A DNA stretch of 55,253 nt, counting the filler, from Dimargaris cristalligena (Eukaryota), in NCBI GenBank assembly GCA_003614675.1. It is 2 parts of 2 records of this genome, joined end to end, with 100 filler letters (N's around TTAATTAATTAA, not from the genome) between each part and the next. Parts side by side here need not be neighbours in the genome. Positions count along the whole stretch, not along the records: positions 27,748 to 55,253 come from ML002517.1; 1 more part is not named here. One strand, written 5' to 3'. Positions 40,901 through 52,867 of this stretch are shown here, piece after piece. The notes below the pieces were generated by a model. The model saw only the letters and a program-made list of their open reading frames with translations. It searched no databases and was not told the origin of the DNA. Position numbers and translations under genes: made by a program. Within the stretch, counting starts at the first letter, position 1, and every line of letters begins with the position of its first letter.

Positions 40901-42022
40901 ACGCGATTTAGCATACGTCTACGGTTTAGCCTGGTGCATCCCCTTGTCTGAATTTGATTGCATACTGGATGCCTGTTAGTTGACCTAACCAGCTTGACCC
41001 ATCTTCTAATTGCTGAGGGAATATGCCGGACTTGGTATTATTAAATCTATATACCCTATCCCCCAATTTATATTTCTTAGACGACGCCGCTACCCAAACC
41101 CGGCTTATTCTCTCTAACCAATTGGCCCAACTAATTCCCCCGTTGGCCTTCCTACTGACCCAGGCCAAGTTCCAAGTTTTACAGCACGAGGCCATTTTTG
41201 CCCTGTCGCTCCTAATGCATCACGCGGATACCACGTCCTGCAGTAAGTTCAATGGGTTACATCATTCACCAGTAATTCCGGGACAACCACCTTTACTCTA
41301 AGGTAAATAGGTAAAGTCCATTCGGATATCATCGGCACTCTCCGGCCTGACTGACCTCCCGAGGTATACACTCTATTTTCTTTGGTCTGTTCTAATATAG
41401 TGCGCGCTTTGGAAAGATGCCTGGCCCCAGTCTCCTCTGGACCACAGGCTTCCACCTCGGATGGCCCTGTAGGCCAGGCCCCTCCCCAACCTATGGCTAC
41501 CGTGGATTGGCTAGCGAAACTGATTGATTTGGCCGGAGATGGCCAAAAGGCTGCCGAGTCTCGTAGCAATGCCCTCAAACTTCTGCTCAGCCTGTCCACG
41601 GATCTACTATCCCATTCAGGTACAGTATTCAATTATATCCGGTATATGTTTGTTTTGTCCTATGTAACAGTCCAAGTCAAGAATAGGGCACCTGCCTGAT
41701 TAACGGACACCCTATTCCTGCTTCATATCCAGTCAGCCGGTATTTGAAATCAATTCTTACCTGGCTGTTTGGAAAGTTGGAGACACCCACGCCATTATCG
41801 CCAAATAACTTATTTTTGGTACCCTTTTATACACTTATCCTCATAATTCTAAATTGTACGGAAGTAGAGGGCCTTGTCTTAATGAAGGCGGGTCTCCTAA
41901 CCATTAATCAAACAAACATTCCCTGTCCCGAGGAAAACTTGTATTTGCTGGCCCCAGAGCAGGAAGTATTCCGGTATACATCGGAACTGCATACCGAACT
42001 CGCTAAGCTCCGTGACCAATAA
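37904..42022 (+). CDS. Armadillo-repeat protein, SmgGDS/RAP1GDS1 (Bem4/Arz1-like), about 765 aa, 11 exons
   Basis: Exons 37904-37964, 38108-38257, 38428-38580, 38744-38875, 39008-39574, 39756-39947, 40103-40231, 40510-40887, 41081-41242, 41401-41619 and about 41868-42022. Motifs QTLRLIANLVADH.PNR, GAMLNAS, AALCIGNVARSD..C, IQHAVTGLLRNLTIP.PNK, EGGRV and LQHEAIFALSL. Confidence 0.85.
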
Positions 42023-43352
42023 TTTTTAGTGTGTGAACTCGCCCGGCATTTAAAGCCTTTATAAGGCAACACCTAAAACCGTTTAGTTATACGTTATTGA
42101 TAACCTTATACAATTGTCTAATTGGGCAAACAGGTCCGCTCGTTTTTTACACTCATGGCGCGTTGACTCATAAAATGTATCAAGGAATTACATGTTCCAG
42201 TGCAGTTCCCTCGACCTCTTTCTCCCGGATTTCACTATTTTAACTTGGATTCCCTAGGCAGGTCGGTCGTTTCACCACATCTATATGAGACCAGTATTCC
42301 CGGGCATTCAATTTTTTTCTTGGCTTTTAGTGAAGGGTTAGGCTCGATCGATAAATATAGATATTTCCATTTGGCATAACCGTTGGCCTGGCTTGGTTAT
42401 ATTTACTGGTATGCTCATTAGTAGGATGTTTGATTGATAGTAACCGGAGAGCCCCAAATGGTGCTTGGGCTATAGAACTGTTTTTAGCAAATATATTTCC
42501 TAGATTCTATTAAGCGCGCTTTATAGTATTTGCACTGTGCACGTTGTCGGGGGAGAGACTTCATCCCATGCGTTGGAGCGCCCAAGTCAGGGGCGTAAAA
42601 CCTGATTACAATCGGAATGGGCCAAAGACAATGCATAGTGTTGCTGGGCGGTTTCTTCTTTCCCCTGACTATTTAGCGTGTAACTCTGCCTCTAATGTGA
42701 ACGATACTTAGGTGCCAGTCTCCTGTATTAACACAGTTCTTTTATTGATGCTTCTTTTAGCCAATTAATTGAGACAATATGCTTAGTGGGCTTACATCAA
42801 GATTAGGTTTTTAAGGTGCATAATAAGTACCCCTCTTGATAGACAGGGTAATGGCCACCACAACCTCCCAAGGTAAGACATCAGACCAACTAATAAATCT
42901 GCACCAATGGCTAATGCGGATAACGTGAATTCGGGTCCTAAAAATATACACTTTGATCCAAAACCCTGGGAGAGCGGCGATACCGTAGTTTTGTAGCAAT
43001 ACGGGAACTATCCATCAACTTCATTATCGGCCGTGTAAATCAGGATGCTTCCGCAACCAGAGTAGTACCCGCACATTTTCACTTGATGCGGCGTCCCTGC
43101 ACTTGGCTTAGTTGGTATTAGTTATTCAAATCCACCTGGTTTATGTATTGCTGCCGCCCTTTTAGTATCCAGGATTATATACGAAAACAATTACGTTGAG
43201 CTACTCATCTTTTATCTTCGATTCCCCTCCCCCATCACTTCAACTGGTCCGAGAGGACTCTTTCGACCCCCAGCACCTGTTTGTGGCTTCCAGACCAATA
43301 GGTGCGCCTCTCATTTTTCGTTGACTAGCCCAATCACTATTGTTAATTACCA

Positions 43353-46300
43353 ATGGTCAGCCAGTGGGCCATTTGCTCGTTGCTGTGGGGGATGCTAGCT
43401 GTAGAAGCTAGCGCGGTGTATCCCTCTGACCCACTTATAAGCGGACCAATATCTACGTGTATATCGCTTCAAGGTAAAATCATATATTATTTTCCGAGCC
43501 CAGTCTATCGTTTTCTGAGGGATCTGGTCTGAAATAGGAATATTATTACCATATTTGCTGGCTTGGACGGAATAATCGATGACCCTTTCCATTAAATTAG
43601 AACGTAAAGTTCTACAGTTGAGTACAGCAGTGAACATACCACCTTATTAATACAATGCAGGTCAATTCCACATAATTATCCACTTGACATTATATCCGTA
43701 CCTCACAACTCCGCCGCGTAGACTCCCTGGCTTGCCCCGAATGGACTCACGTGAGGGTAGCTCCCCAAGCCTTACCCGGACTAAAGTTCAGCACCCCAGC
43801 AGAATTTGACCTAGCCGTTTTGAGTTACCCAGGAAATTCCACCGACCTAGCCCTACTCACTAAACAATTTCACTGTCATCCGTCCTTACCTAATACCCAT
43901 CAATCCGAGAACACAACCGACGACTCCCAGTTGGAATACCGTGGTATGGGCCGTCGGTTTGTTCGTAGCATGCTATGCACCAGACTTTTTTTTTCTACAG
44001 CTAACCTGGCCCAGTGCTACCCTGGTATTTCAGCTAACTGGATGGGCAGCACTGATGCTGACCCGCTCTACGGCCTCAGTGAGCCACTTGCCACCAGTAC
44101 CCCTACGTTGGTCAAGGCGTTGGGGGAGCATCTACCCCTTGGGCCACAGGAGGTGGCGAAACGGACTGGCGGGTCACTACCACTGCCTTCCAGCACACAT
44201 AGTTCCGAAATTCCATCCGCGGGTCCTCGTCCGCTATGTTACCAGACCTGTATACAATATGTAGAGTCGCTGGCCCAAGTCATCAATAAGCAGGGATATT
44301 GCCCAGCGTCTTCGTTAACCCCACTTCGCCTAGCCAGGCTGAGTCTACTTTTTCAGCAGTGTGCGAGGTACCCCTTCAATGGAAAGGACCCCGACTGTGT
44401 CAGGGGTGATGCAAACGAGACCGAGACCTGTGGTAAGGAGCTATCTATTATTATATACATATATATATATATGAACCATGTGGCCGCTTTCGGGGTTCAT
44501 TTAAATACCCAACCGCTCGCCTCGCTTCCCGGAAACCTAATGGGACATACCCCAGTCCGTCACTAATCAGCCTATACCTAATTTGTACCCACCATCTGCT
44601 GCCATCTCGCACACCGGGGTTTCCCTACTTCATCGATGCAGGGTACAGTGACCTGCCTAGTCAGTGTAGCCTGTGTCCTGCCCAGCGGCGCTCCCCTGCA
44701 TGCCAGATGTATTTTAGCCTGATATATAAGGGTGGAATGGCCAATTTCCATGACGCAGATCCACCTCGGAGCACCGATGTCTCCGATGCAGGTCTAGAGC
44801 CAACTATAGAAACCTGGCAGTCCCGCAACCATGCCCTTACCATGGTTTTGATTTTACTCGCCAGCCTTGTGGGGGTGTCCCTCGTATGTACTATATTACT
44901 GTATTGTTTTGGTAATAGGGGTCGGCGATGGGGCGTTTACGCTGGTCGCCACCCTCAGGGTCTGGAAAAAAATATGGCCTATGGAAAGCTCCATTGGCAA
45001 AAGTCTCCGAGTTTAAGTTATAGCGACCCCGAACTGAAGGGCGATCTACCGACATCCCCTTTGGACCAAAGGAACGAAGTGGACGTACCCACGTCTCGGA
45101 GCTGGAAGTGGTTCCAATGGTTCAGGTCCACCCAACACCAGTTGTCGCTGCGGAACCCCCAGTCCAAAGGTATTTGCCAGCAGGACCACCACATGGCCAG
45201 CCGGCCCAGCGATAGTGGAGAGGCCCACAATGACCAGCAGAGGTACTGTAACCCGGGCCCAAGCAACACTCATCGGTCTAACCCCGATTACAACCACCCT
45301 GTCATCGGCCGCAGGCGCCGTCCACTCGACCGCTCTCCGCATCACCGGCGCACCCAGCGCCAGATGGGCTACTCGAATCTTCCCCAGGAATCTCCCTCGA
45401 GATCCCCGCGTTCAATTCGTCCCGGGCTCTTATCCCCTCTGTACACTAACCGACGCAAAAATCGAGCGGATCGTATCCGAGACGATTTCTTGCAAAAGGT
45501 TGGTGACCATCACTATGTTATCCACGCCTTTTTCGCAAAGACAGACCAGGAGCTGACGTTACACAAGGGGGACCACATTGAAATTCAGATGGCCTACAAT
45601 GACGGCTGGACGGTGGGCTATAATCATACCACCAAGAAATGCGGGTTATTCCCACTGACGTGCCTATTCATTCACGTACCGCCAACGATACCGGCTTGTT
45701 GGTCAGTGCTACAAGGTGGCAGGAATCCCGACTCAATTCCCGTGAATGGGAGTCCCTTGCGCATGCGCTTGCCTTCGCCCAATTCCCCTCCGCCAGTACC
45801 CCCTGGGGAGCTGGCCGTGGAGGAAACCTCTGCCTCGCCACCCCCTCGGGTAGGGTCGCCTTTCGATATGCCACCAACTTCCCCTTTTCCTCCTCAATCG
45901 GCCCCCATGGTGCCAACCCCGGTTATCGCTAAGGAACGTTCGGCCAAGCCCTTGCCGTGCCCCCCGCCATTTGCCCGAATTAGACTGCCCCGACGCCAGC
46001 ACACCCATCGACTAATTGGGCGGACTCCACTTCAAGCCAATAGACATGAATACGCTGTTGGTAAAATTAATCCCGTCAAACTGGGCATTAAACCTACTGA
46101 ACTGACGAGGACCCCACAGGCTACAGTGCCAAGGGGAACCTTATTAATGTCGTCTCCAATGGTTAACATTCCGGTTAGTTCGACCCAATCGCCCGTTGGA
46201 GGTGTCGGCGACAGCGGCTTCCCAGTAAGCCGGGCCTCACACCGAACCGAGCCTACCTCCATCTCACGATTACCATCATTACCCCTGGTGCCCCAGCCCC

Positions 46301-46590
46301 CTCCCCGACCTGTGGAATTTCCGCCGCCGTCACCACTTTCGAATCTTTCCCAACCACATCAACAAACCTATTTTGCTGCCGAGTCGTTCAATCCCTGCAT
46401 TTTAAACCAATCCCAACTTAAATTAGATAGTTACCCCGCCCGACTCTATGCCAGTCCGGCGCATACCAGTGACCAAAGTCTGCTACCCCAGTCTATTTTG
46501 CGCACCGATCATTCGTACTTGACCGCTCGCACCACCCCACTGGCGCCCAGAAGACTCCAAACTCACATCTCGGAAGAGGCGAAAAAGTAA
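43353..46590 (+). CDS. Type I membrane protein: signal peptide, Cys-rich ectodomain, one TM helix, cytoplasmic SH3 domain, Pro-rich tail; about 926 aa
   Basis: Exons 43353-43473 (MVSQWAICSLLWGMLAVEASA...CISLQ), 43722-44432 and 44642-46590 join in frame. TM helix is MVLILLASLVGVSLVCTILLYCF. SH3 is VIHAFFAKTDQELTLHKGDHIEIQMAYNDGWTVG...GLFPLTCL. Confidence 0.85.
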
Positions 46591-47024
46591 TAATTGCAGG
46601 ATTTGAATTCGGAGTATTGTCTATGGGGTAGTCCTGGGTCGCCAATACTGGCAGTTCTTAAATCCAGTAGTATGTGCTATACTTGGCTAGTCATGTATAC
46701 TATGTAGCTGTAATCCCAGGATTGGAATTGGCTGTAATGGACGACGGGGCTGAGGCCTGGGGATTTAAGTATATAGACTACCCAACCATTACCACTAGCC
46801 ATGCCTGTTAAATTTCACGTATATTACAAATAGCAGCTTTTTTTACAATTTGGCTAACTTCGCTATTAAGTTTATTAATATATAAAATATGGGAAAATAT
46901 CCCAAGACTTGGTGGGGAGGATTTCACAGTAAAAACTCAATTTCACTTATGGCGGTATGCATACATTACCCTGGTTTTTTATAGGAGTTTCTTGGGCCTC
47001 TAACTACGTCAAAAATGGGGTGGA

Positions 47025-49749
47025 TCATAGTGGATGCGCGTCCACCAAGTGGGTCAAGACGGGCCACCCGGTCATTTGGTTATAGCGGCGACGGGCCACG
47101 ATTTGATTATGGGCATCTTGAGAAAAATATACATGAACCTTACGCCACGAGAGCGGCGCCATATGGTAACCAAGCGCAAAGAGCGGAATCCACGACGGGC
47201 GGACAATCGATTGGATGGTTGGAATTCGGGGGGTAAAATCCCGGGCAAAGCTGTCGCTAGCGATTGTTTCATCATGCACAATAGGCCCAGGGAGGGGGCT
47301 GGCGGTGGCCGGGGGAGCCGTCCTGCTTAAAGGGGAAGGGGTGGGGGGGGTTGGTCGAAATCTCAAGGTCCCCTTTGGGTAGAGACGCTGCTGAGGTACG
47401 AGGGCTGACTAGGCTAATCAGGGACTGGTAGCTCGTTTGCCAGATCGACTTCGATCCACTGGTGGATGGACGGGTCGGCGAGTCGAGCTGTTGCGCCGGG
47501 GTTGTTGCGGGACCTTGGGGGGAAGGTATTGAGTTGCAAGGTGTCGGTTCAGGATCTTCCGCAGAAGCCTCAAAGTGAAAGAGGCTGTGGGGATACTGGG
47601 CCGAACGGCTCCAAAGTAGTTTGGAGTTGTGTTGCAGTTTACTCAAAACGGATTGCCCCTGCTGTTGCAGAAATTCGGCACGGTCGAAGTGGGAGTAGAT
47701 GAGGCTGGCGGTATAGCACCCAACAGATACATCATTATCCACATTGGCATAGGCGGTTCGGTGTTCGAACCGAGCCAAGAGGGGCAAGTACGGCTTATCA
47801 GGCCGTCCCATGCGGATAAGGATGTCGGGGGCCTGGCGTGGGTTGAGTTTGAATTTCTCTCGCTGACGATTAATCAATGAGGGCAGCTTAATACCCCAGG
47901 ACGACGAAGCCAGGGAGGGTTTATCAGTTCCGGGTTCGTCGGACGGAGTAGCAGGCCCGCTACCTTCAACGATTGTTGATGTAGGAGATGGAATTCCAAC
48001 CTGCTCCAGGCGGAAATCATTCAGGGGATTGTGGTGAGATAGATAGGTTAGTTCTTTGCCGGTTTGGCCCACCAGCCCCCACTGACAGGCCTGGTCCACA
48101 AGTGCCATATTCTCGGCGATCCCCATGTAAGGGGTAGCCAGACTAATGAAGTGAGTGGGGTTAAACACCACGAAAAACAAACCCTTGGTAAGACGGTCAA
48201 GCTGCCGCAGGGTGTTTAAATTAATGAGGCCGCCGAGGGAGTGGCCGATAAAGGAAATGCGATGGTGATTACCGAAGTCCAGGTCCCAGCCCTCCGGCGG
48301 GGTCGCGTTGAACCCCTCGAAGGGATTCCCAGGATAGGTGGCTGGGTCGGGATTACTGGCGAGGCTTTCCAGGGACTGGCTGGCGGACCATCCCTGACGA
48401 ACCCGGTGGGCAGCGAGGGCCGTGTAGTAGGCTAAGTTGCGCTTCCATTGGGTAGCATCTAAAATGGACTCGGCCAAGCGAGCCCCGTTTGGAGTGATGC
48501 CCTCGTCCGTACGACCATGGTTACAGGCCGGGGAAAGCACGCGAACCAAGCGGCCCCCACCGGGGGTCAATGGGTTAGTTGGGTCAGGGTAGATTTTTAA
48601 AATGCGTTCCCGTAAGCAAAGCTCGTCCAGACGGGAGCCCATTAAACCGTGGGTTAACACCACCAAATGGGTTCCGCTTTCCCGGGTCATCCACCGGTTG
48701 GCATAAGGGGTCCACCCATGGTCACCGAACACATCAGCGGTGGTTTCAGTTTGGGCCAACTCAGCAGTAATGTGACCAGTCCCCAAGGTGGTGGCCAGGG
48801 ACAATCGAGAAGACCCGGCTACGCCGAGGGAAGACCGAAAACTACGGGCATGAGGCCGGGGGAGAGCGGGTACGTGTAGGCAGTCGGTGGACATGACGGA
48901 GGCCTGGTCGACCTTGATTGGGTAAGGGGCCGCGGTGCTGGACTCCGATAAACTTCGAAAGCGACGCACGGGGATACGGGAGCGGGTGCTGCTACCCCGG
49001 GTAGAGTAGGCGGGGTCTGCACTGGAAACCACCAGATCAGGCAGGGAGGGTTGGAATCCACCCGGGTCTACCGAATAAAGGCTCAATTCATCCTCGACCG
49101 GAGACGAGCGGGTCGGCTGGGGCTGAGCACCGTGGGGTTGAGGGAGCGCATCGGGAAGGGGCACCTGGGGCTGAGTAGCGAGTACCAGAATTTCATACTG
49201 GACGGCAACGCCTGAATGATTAATCTCGCTTACGATTTCAATATCGAACTGGACCTCGGGTTCCGAGCGGCAGTCTATCTCGTAGGAGGCACGCCAGGTT
49301 TGGCCGCAAATGATGAATAGGGAGGTATGGGTCAGGGCCGGTTGGTCGGGTGAAGCGGGGGCTTTCCTGCGGAAAGGAACGTGGAAGCGTTTGGGTAGTC
49401 GAGAAGAGCGCGGCGAAAGGTAGAGGGACGACAAGTCCCCGGAAAGGGTGGAGGGGTCGGTTTCGGTTTTGGGCCTGTCCTCGTCTTCCCCGGCCGAAAG
49501 GGATTCGGCGGACCCGGACCAGGAGGACGGCGGAGTGGTAAACGACGGGGTCGGGCGTTTTTCGACGGTGGCCGATACTGCAAAGGGGCCCTTGGTAAAG
49601 GCCAAGTTGCGGTAGACGGGGGAGGCATTCCGAATCAGAATAACCACGGGGAGTCGCTCGAACGTGAGTTGCTGTAAATCGAGGGTCAATTGAAAGCGGT
49701 GGACGTCACCCAGGGCCAATTCGCCCTGGGTTTTGGTTAAGAGGGGCAT
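47025..49749 (-). CDS. DUF676 serine hydrolase/lipase (ROG1-like), interrupted by a frameshift near 47343-47350
   Basis: ORF 49749-47272 has HLVVLTHGL, ISFIGHSLGG, FISLATPYMG and RTAYANVDND. The conserved C-terminal block (IVHD...WRKVHV...DAHNQIVARR...GWPVLTHL) lies in the overlapping ORF 47366-47025. Confidence 0.85.
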
Positions 49750-50010
49750 ACTAGACTAGAGCGGCGGAGATGCTAGGGTCAAGTTAAAACAGGGCACTGG
49801 GAATGGGTAATAAAAAGGAAGAAGGCCTAACTGCGAGGGGGTTGCGGAAGAACGGCGAGGTCAGCTACCCCCGTGGGGGCGTGGTAGAGTCCTGCGTTTC
49901 TCATGGGATGCAACCATGATATGTGCGACATTGGCTGTATTCTCCGGGCCTGCAGAGGTGGGGGCTGGTTTGGCAGGGCAATCAAGGGCGAAATGATACA
50001 CCGCCACCAC

Positions 50011-50013
<3 letters not shown>

Positions 50014-50041
<28 letters not shown>
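50014..50041. repeat. (AT)n microsatellite
   Basis: About 14 units. Similar tracts at 50575-50601 (NDUFB8 intron) and 52182-52203. Confidence 0.9.
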
Positions 50042-50418
50042 CCTCCATACACGAGGCCACCCCAGTAATGGTGGATACACCAACAATATACCAGGCCCAT
50101 TGAATAGCCCGGAATGACTTGTATTGCGGAAGTGAGTAAATGATTACTGCACCCATACTAACTACATTGCTACAGGAATCATGCGACGTAGTACTCCCCC
50201 CAAGTGTGATCCCGAGCCCCCTCCTCTCAACCTCCACTCCCATGGATCGTTCGCAAGTAGTCGAAACCATTTATTTAAATAAGGATTGAGTATAAAAAAC
50301 AAGACACTTCCAAATTGACCACTGGTCAAGAGCATACGGAGGTGGAGAAGGCTCTAGTCGCTGGTAGAGCGCGCCTTCATCAGGGTTACAGGGAAGAGTA
50401 GTGGTTCCCAAAGGTATA

Positions 50419-51103
50419 CTATTCAACGTCGGCGGGGAGTTGTTCGCGGTGGGTTCGGGCCTGTAGTGGACAATGTCGAATCGGGGAAATGGTAGAGCAT
50501 ATAAAGCATTGAGTTAGTTTCGCCTTGGGGCATGCGGCGGGGGCCGAGTGTGGCAACGGGGTGGGGTTACTTGCATATATATATATATATATATATATAT
50601 AGATATCATTGAGACGGGTAGATGAAGGAGTGGCTTACCGCAAGTCGCCGGTCATCGGGGTTGTTTGGGTCACCCCCAAGTTCCAGACGGAGGCCGTCGT
50701 AGGGATAGGAACGGCGTTCAAAATGGGGTTCGGGATAAGTGGCATAGGCCAGGGTCGACACCAACCCAATTCCGAAAATGAAGCAAGCCCAGTCGCGGAG
50801 GGCGGTCTTGGTATCGCCGGGGTAGAGGGTAGGGCCCCAGGCCCCCAGGATTTCGTCCTGCTCCTGCACGGTGTCGCCGAAGTTGCGACGATCTTGCATA
50901 TTGTCCCAGCCAAAGGGCGACTTTTCACCAGCATGAGTATGGGGCAGATTGGGGTAGCCCCCGGATTGGGGCTCGGGATCCACCCAACCACCGCCATTCT
51001 CGCCGAATTTATTGGTGGAAAGGGACCGGAGGGCATACCGCTGGCTCTGGGCGGCCCTTGGGGAGAGGAGCTGGAGCAGCGTAAAGGGGCGGAGTGAACG
51101 CAT
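50419..51103 (-). CDS. NDUFB8: NADH:ubiquinone oxidoreductase subunit NDUFB8 (ASHI/NIAM), about 168 aa
   Basis: Presequence-like N-terminus, DPEPQSGGYP, WDNMQDRRNFGDTVQEQDE, one TM helix and RSYPYDGLRLELGG. Exon 1 is 51103-50639 (donor GTAAGC); exon 2 is 50460-50419 (ARTHREQLPADVE-stop). Confidence 0.88.
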
Positions 51104-51509
51104 CTTGGTTGTCAGAAGGATCCTTTAACTGGACAGTTGAACCAAGGAAGTCGAAATGCAGCAAATAAGGGAGTGAATTGGTTATAAAGTAGGAGGCCCC
51201 CAACAAGCGGATGTATAGGAAATGAAACTTGAGGCAATGCCTAGGGTTGTGGAGACTTGGTGATACGTTGGGATGAATCAACAGCCAACTCAGACCGAAT
51301 GTGTATGTATAAGTATGAGTAGTATGTGCGCATGGAAGTGAGTAGAAGTAGTAGTGGTGGTGGTAAGTAACCCCAGCGCCATTTGGTTTGGCTCGGTTTG
51401 GTTTGGTTTGGGCTGGCGTTTTGGCTATATTAACTATACTACCACTACTCCACTTGCCCACCTACATATAATTCACTCACTTCCACTAGAGAATGGGCGA
51501 CACCATTCA

Positions 51510-51519
51510 GTCACGTGAT
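51510..51519. promoter_or_regulatory. GTCACGTGAT E-box (bHLH, Cbf1-type site) in the divergent NDUFB8/MIT promoter
   Basis: Perfect TCACGTGA palindrome about 400 nt upstream of the NDUFB8 ATG; motif match only. Confidence 0.3.
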
Positions 51520-52442
51520 TAATGAATTCAATGCCCTCAATGTATAAATATATATATGTATGAATTATTATGTCAATGGGTACTATACTATTCCTCTACT
51601 ATTAGGATCCTCTAATCCATAAAGTAAAGGAAAGAAAAGGTAGGGAGGAAGAGGTGGCGGGTATCTTTAGCATTTGAGCCTATTATATTGGCGGCCGTTC
51701 GCATTTCCACCCTAATTAATTATCCTTCCCGTAAGGCATTGGTGGTTCTTCTATATGATCGGTATAGTTCAGGCTAATATGGCGGACAATATCATTGCAG
51801 GCATTTACTGCTAGCCCAAATATCCACGTCTACCTACTTCTCTGTTAAAAAGTAGACGCGGTTCATACGGGATTTGGACAGGAGGGATTGCCAGACTGTG
51901 AACCGAAAATAATGTGATAGGGTAAAAAACAAACAACTGGGGGGATCCCAGGCGAGGGCAGCCAGGCGATTGGAAGGACCGAGCCCGCACTAATCAGTCA
52001 CTTTAAGAAGCGGTATAGTAGTTTTAGAAGACCTCCCCCTCCCATTAATGGAAGTAATAGAGGTAGTCTAACCTGCGAAATTGGCAACCGCTGGCCAATC
52101 TAAACATAAAATTGATGTCAAGAGCTTCCCTGGTGTAGGGCCTGGTACGCTCTAAATATGCAGGGGTAGTAATGCACTTTGTATATATATATATATATAT
52201 ATACATACCAGTAAAGGACGGGGGTTAGTAATAAGCCAATTCCATGGGCCGAGAGGTCAGTGACGGTTGATATATTCTATCTGACGATATCCCTCATCCC
52301 AATACGGTGATGTGTAGTATGATGATACACGGGCCCTGGTAATGTATAGTTTTAACATCTATTAAATCTAGAAGCTGGGGTTCTGGAAACGAGCAGAGTA
52401 TAGTAAGTAATACAAGGCAAGGTAAGGTAAGGTAAGGTCAAA

Positions 52443-52444
<2 letters not shown>

Positions 52445-52473
<29 letters not shown>
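52445..52473. repeat. (AG)n microsatellite, preceded by short AAGGT repeats (about 52419-52438)
   Basis: About 14 units read directly. Confidence 0.9.
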
Positions 52474-52477
<4 letters not shown>

Positions 52478-52867
52478 GTGAGTGAAATGGCAAAGCGTCA
52501 AATCAATCAGAGACACCTTCATTATCCATACATTCCCACATTAAATGATAATCATGACCAGCCTAAACGGGACACACCTACCCACGAACTCCGCGCCTGG
52601 CACTCCCTTGTCCTCGTCCCGGCTTCCCTAAGTAAGGGGAACCGCCACTGGTAACTTACTCCTGCTTCCTCCAGGTGGTCGTACGAGCTTTTCAGTACCC
52701 GTTACTGCCGTTGATTCCCCGTTCGTCCGCTCTACCCTACTCTACTCCGCTCCGTTCCTTTGTTTATTATTAGCCCTACCCAAGCGCACTTCTGTTCATC
52801 TCGTTGTGCGCCCCCTCTCCTCCTCCGTATCCCTGGCCCTCCCACTCCGCCCCGTACCTCTGGTCCG

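Noticed and set aside
46729..46760. GGCTGTAATGG resembling the 5' end of fungal SRP RNA
   Set aside because: No helix 6 or helix 8 motif follows, and it lies in the 3' region between convergent genes.
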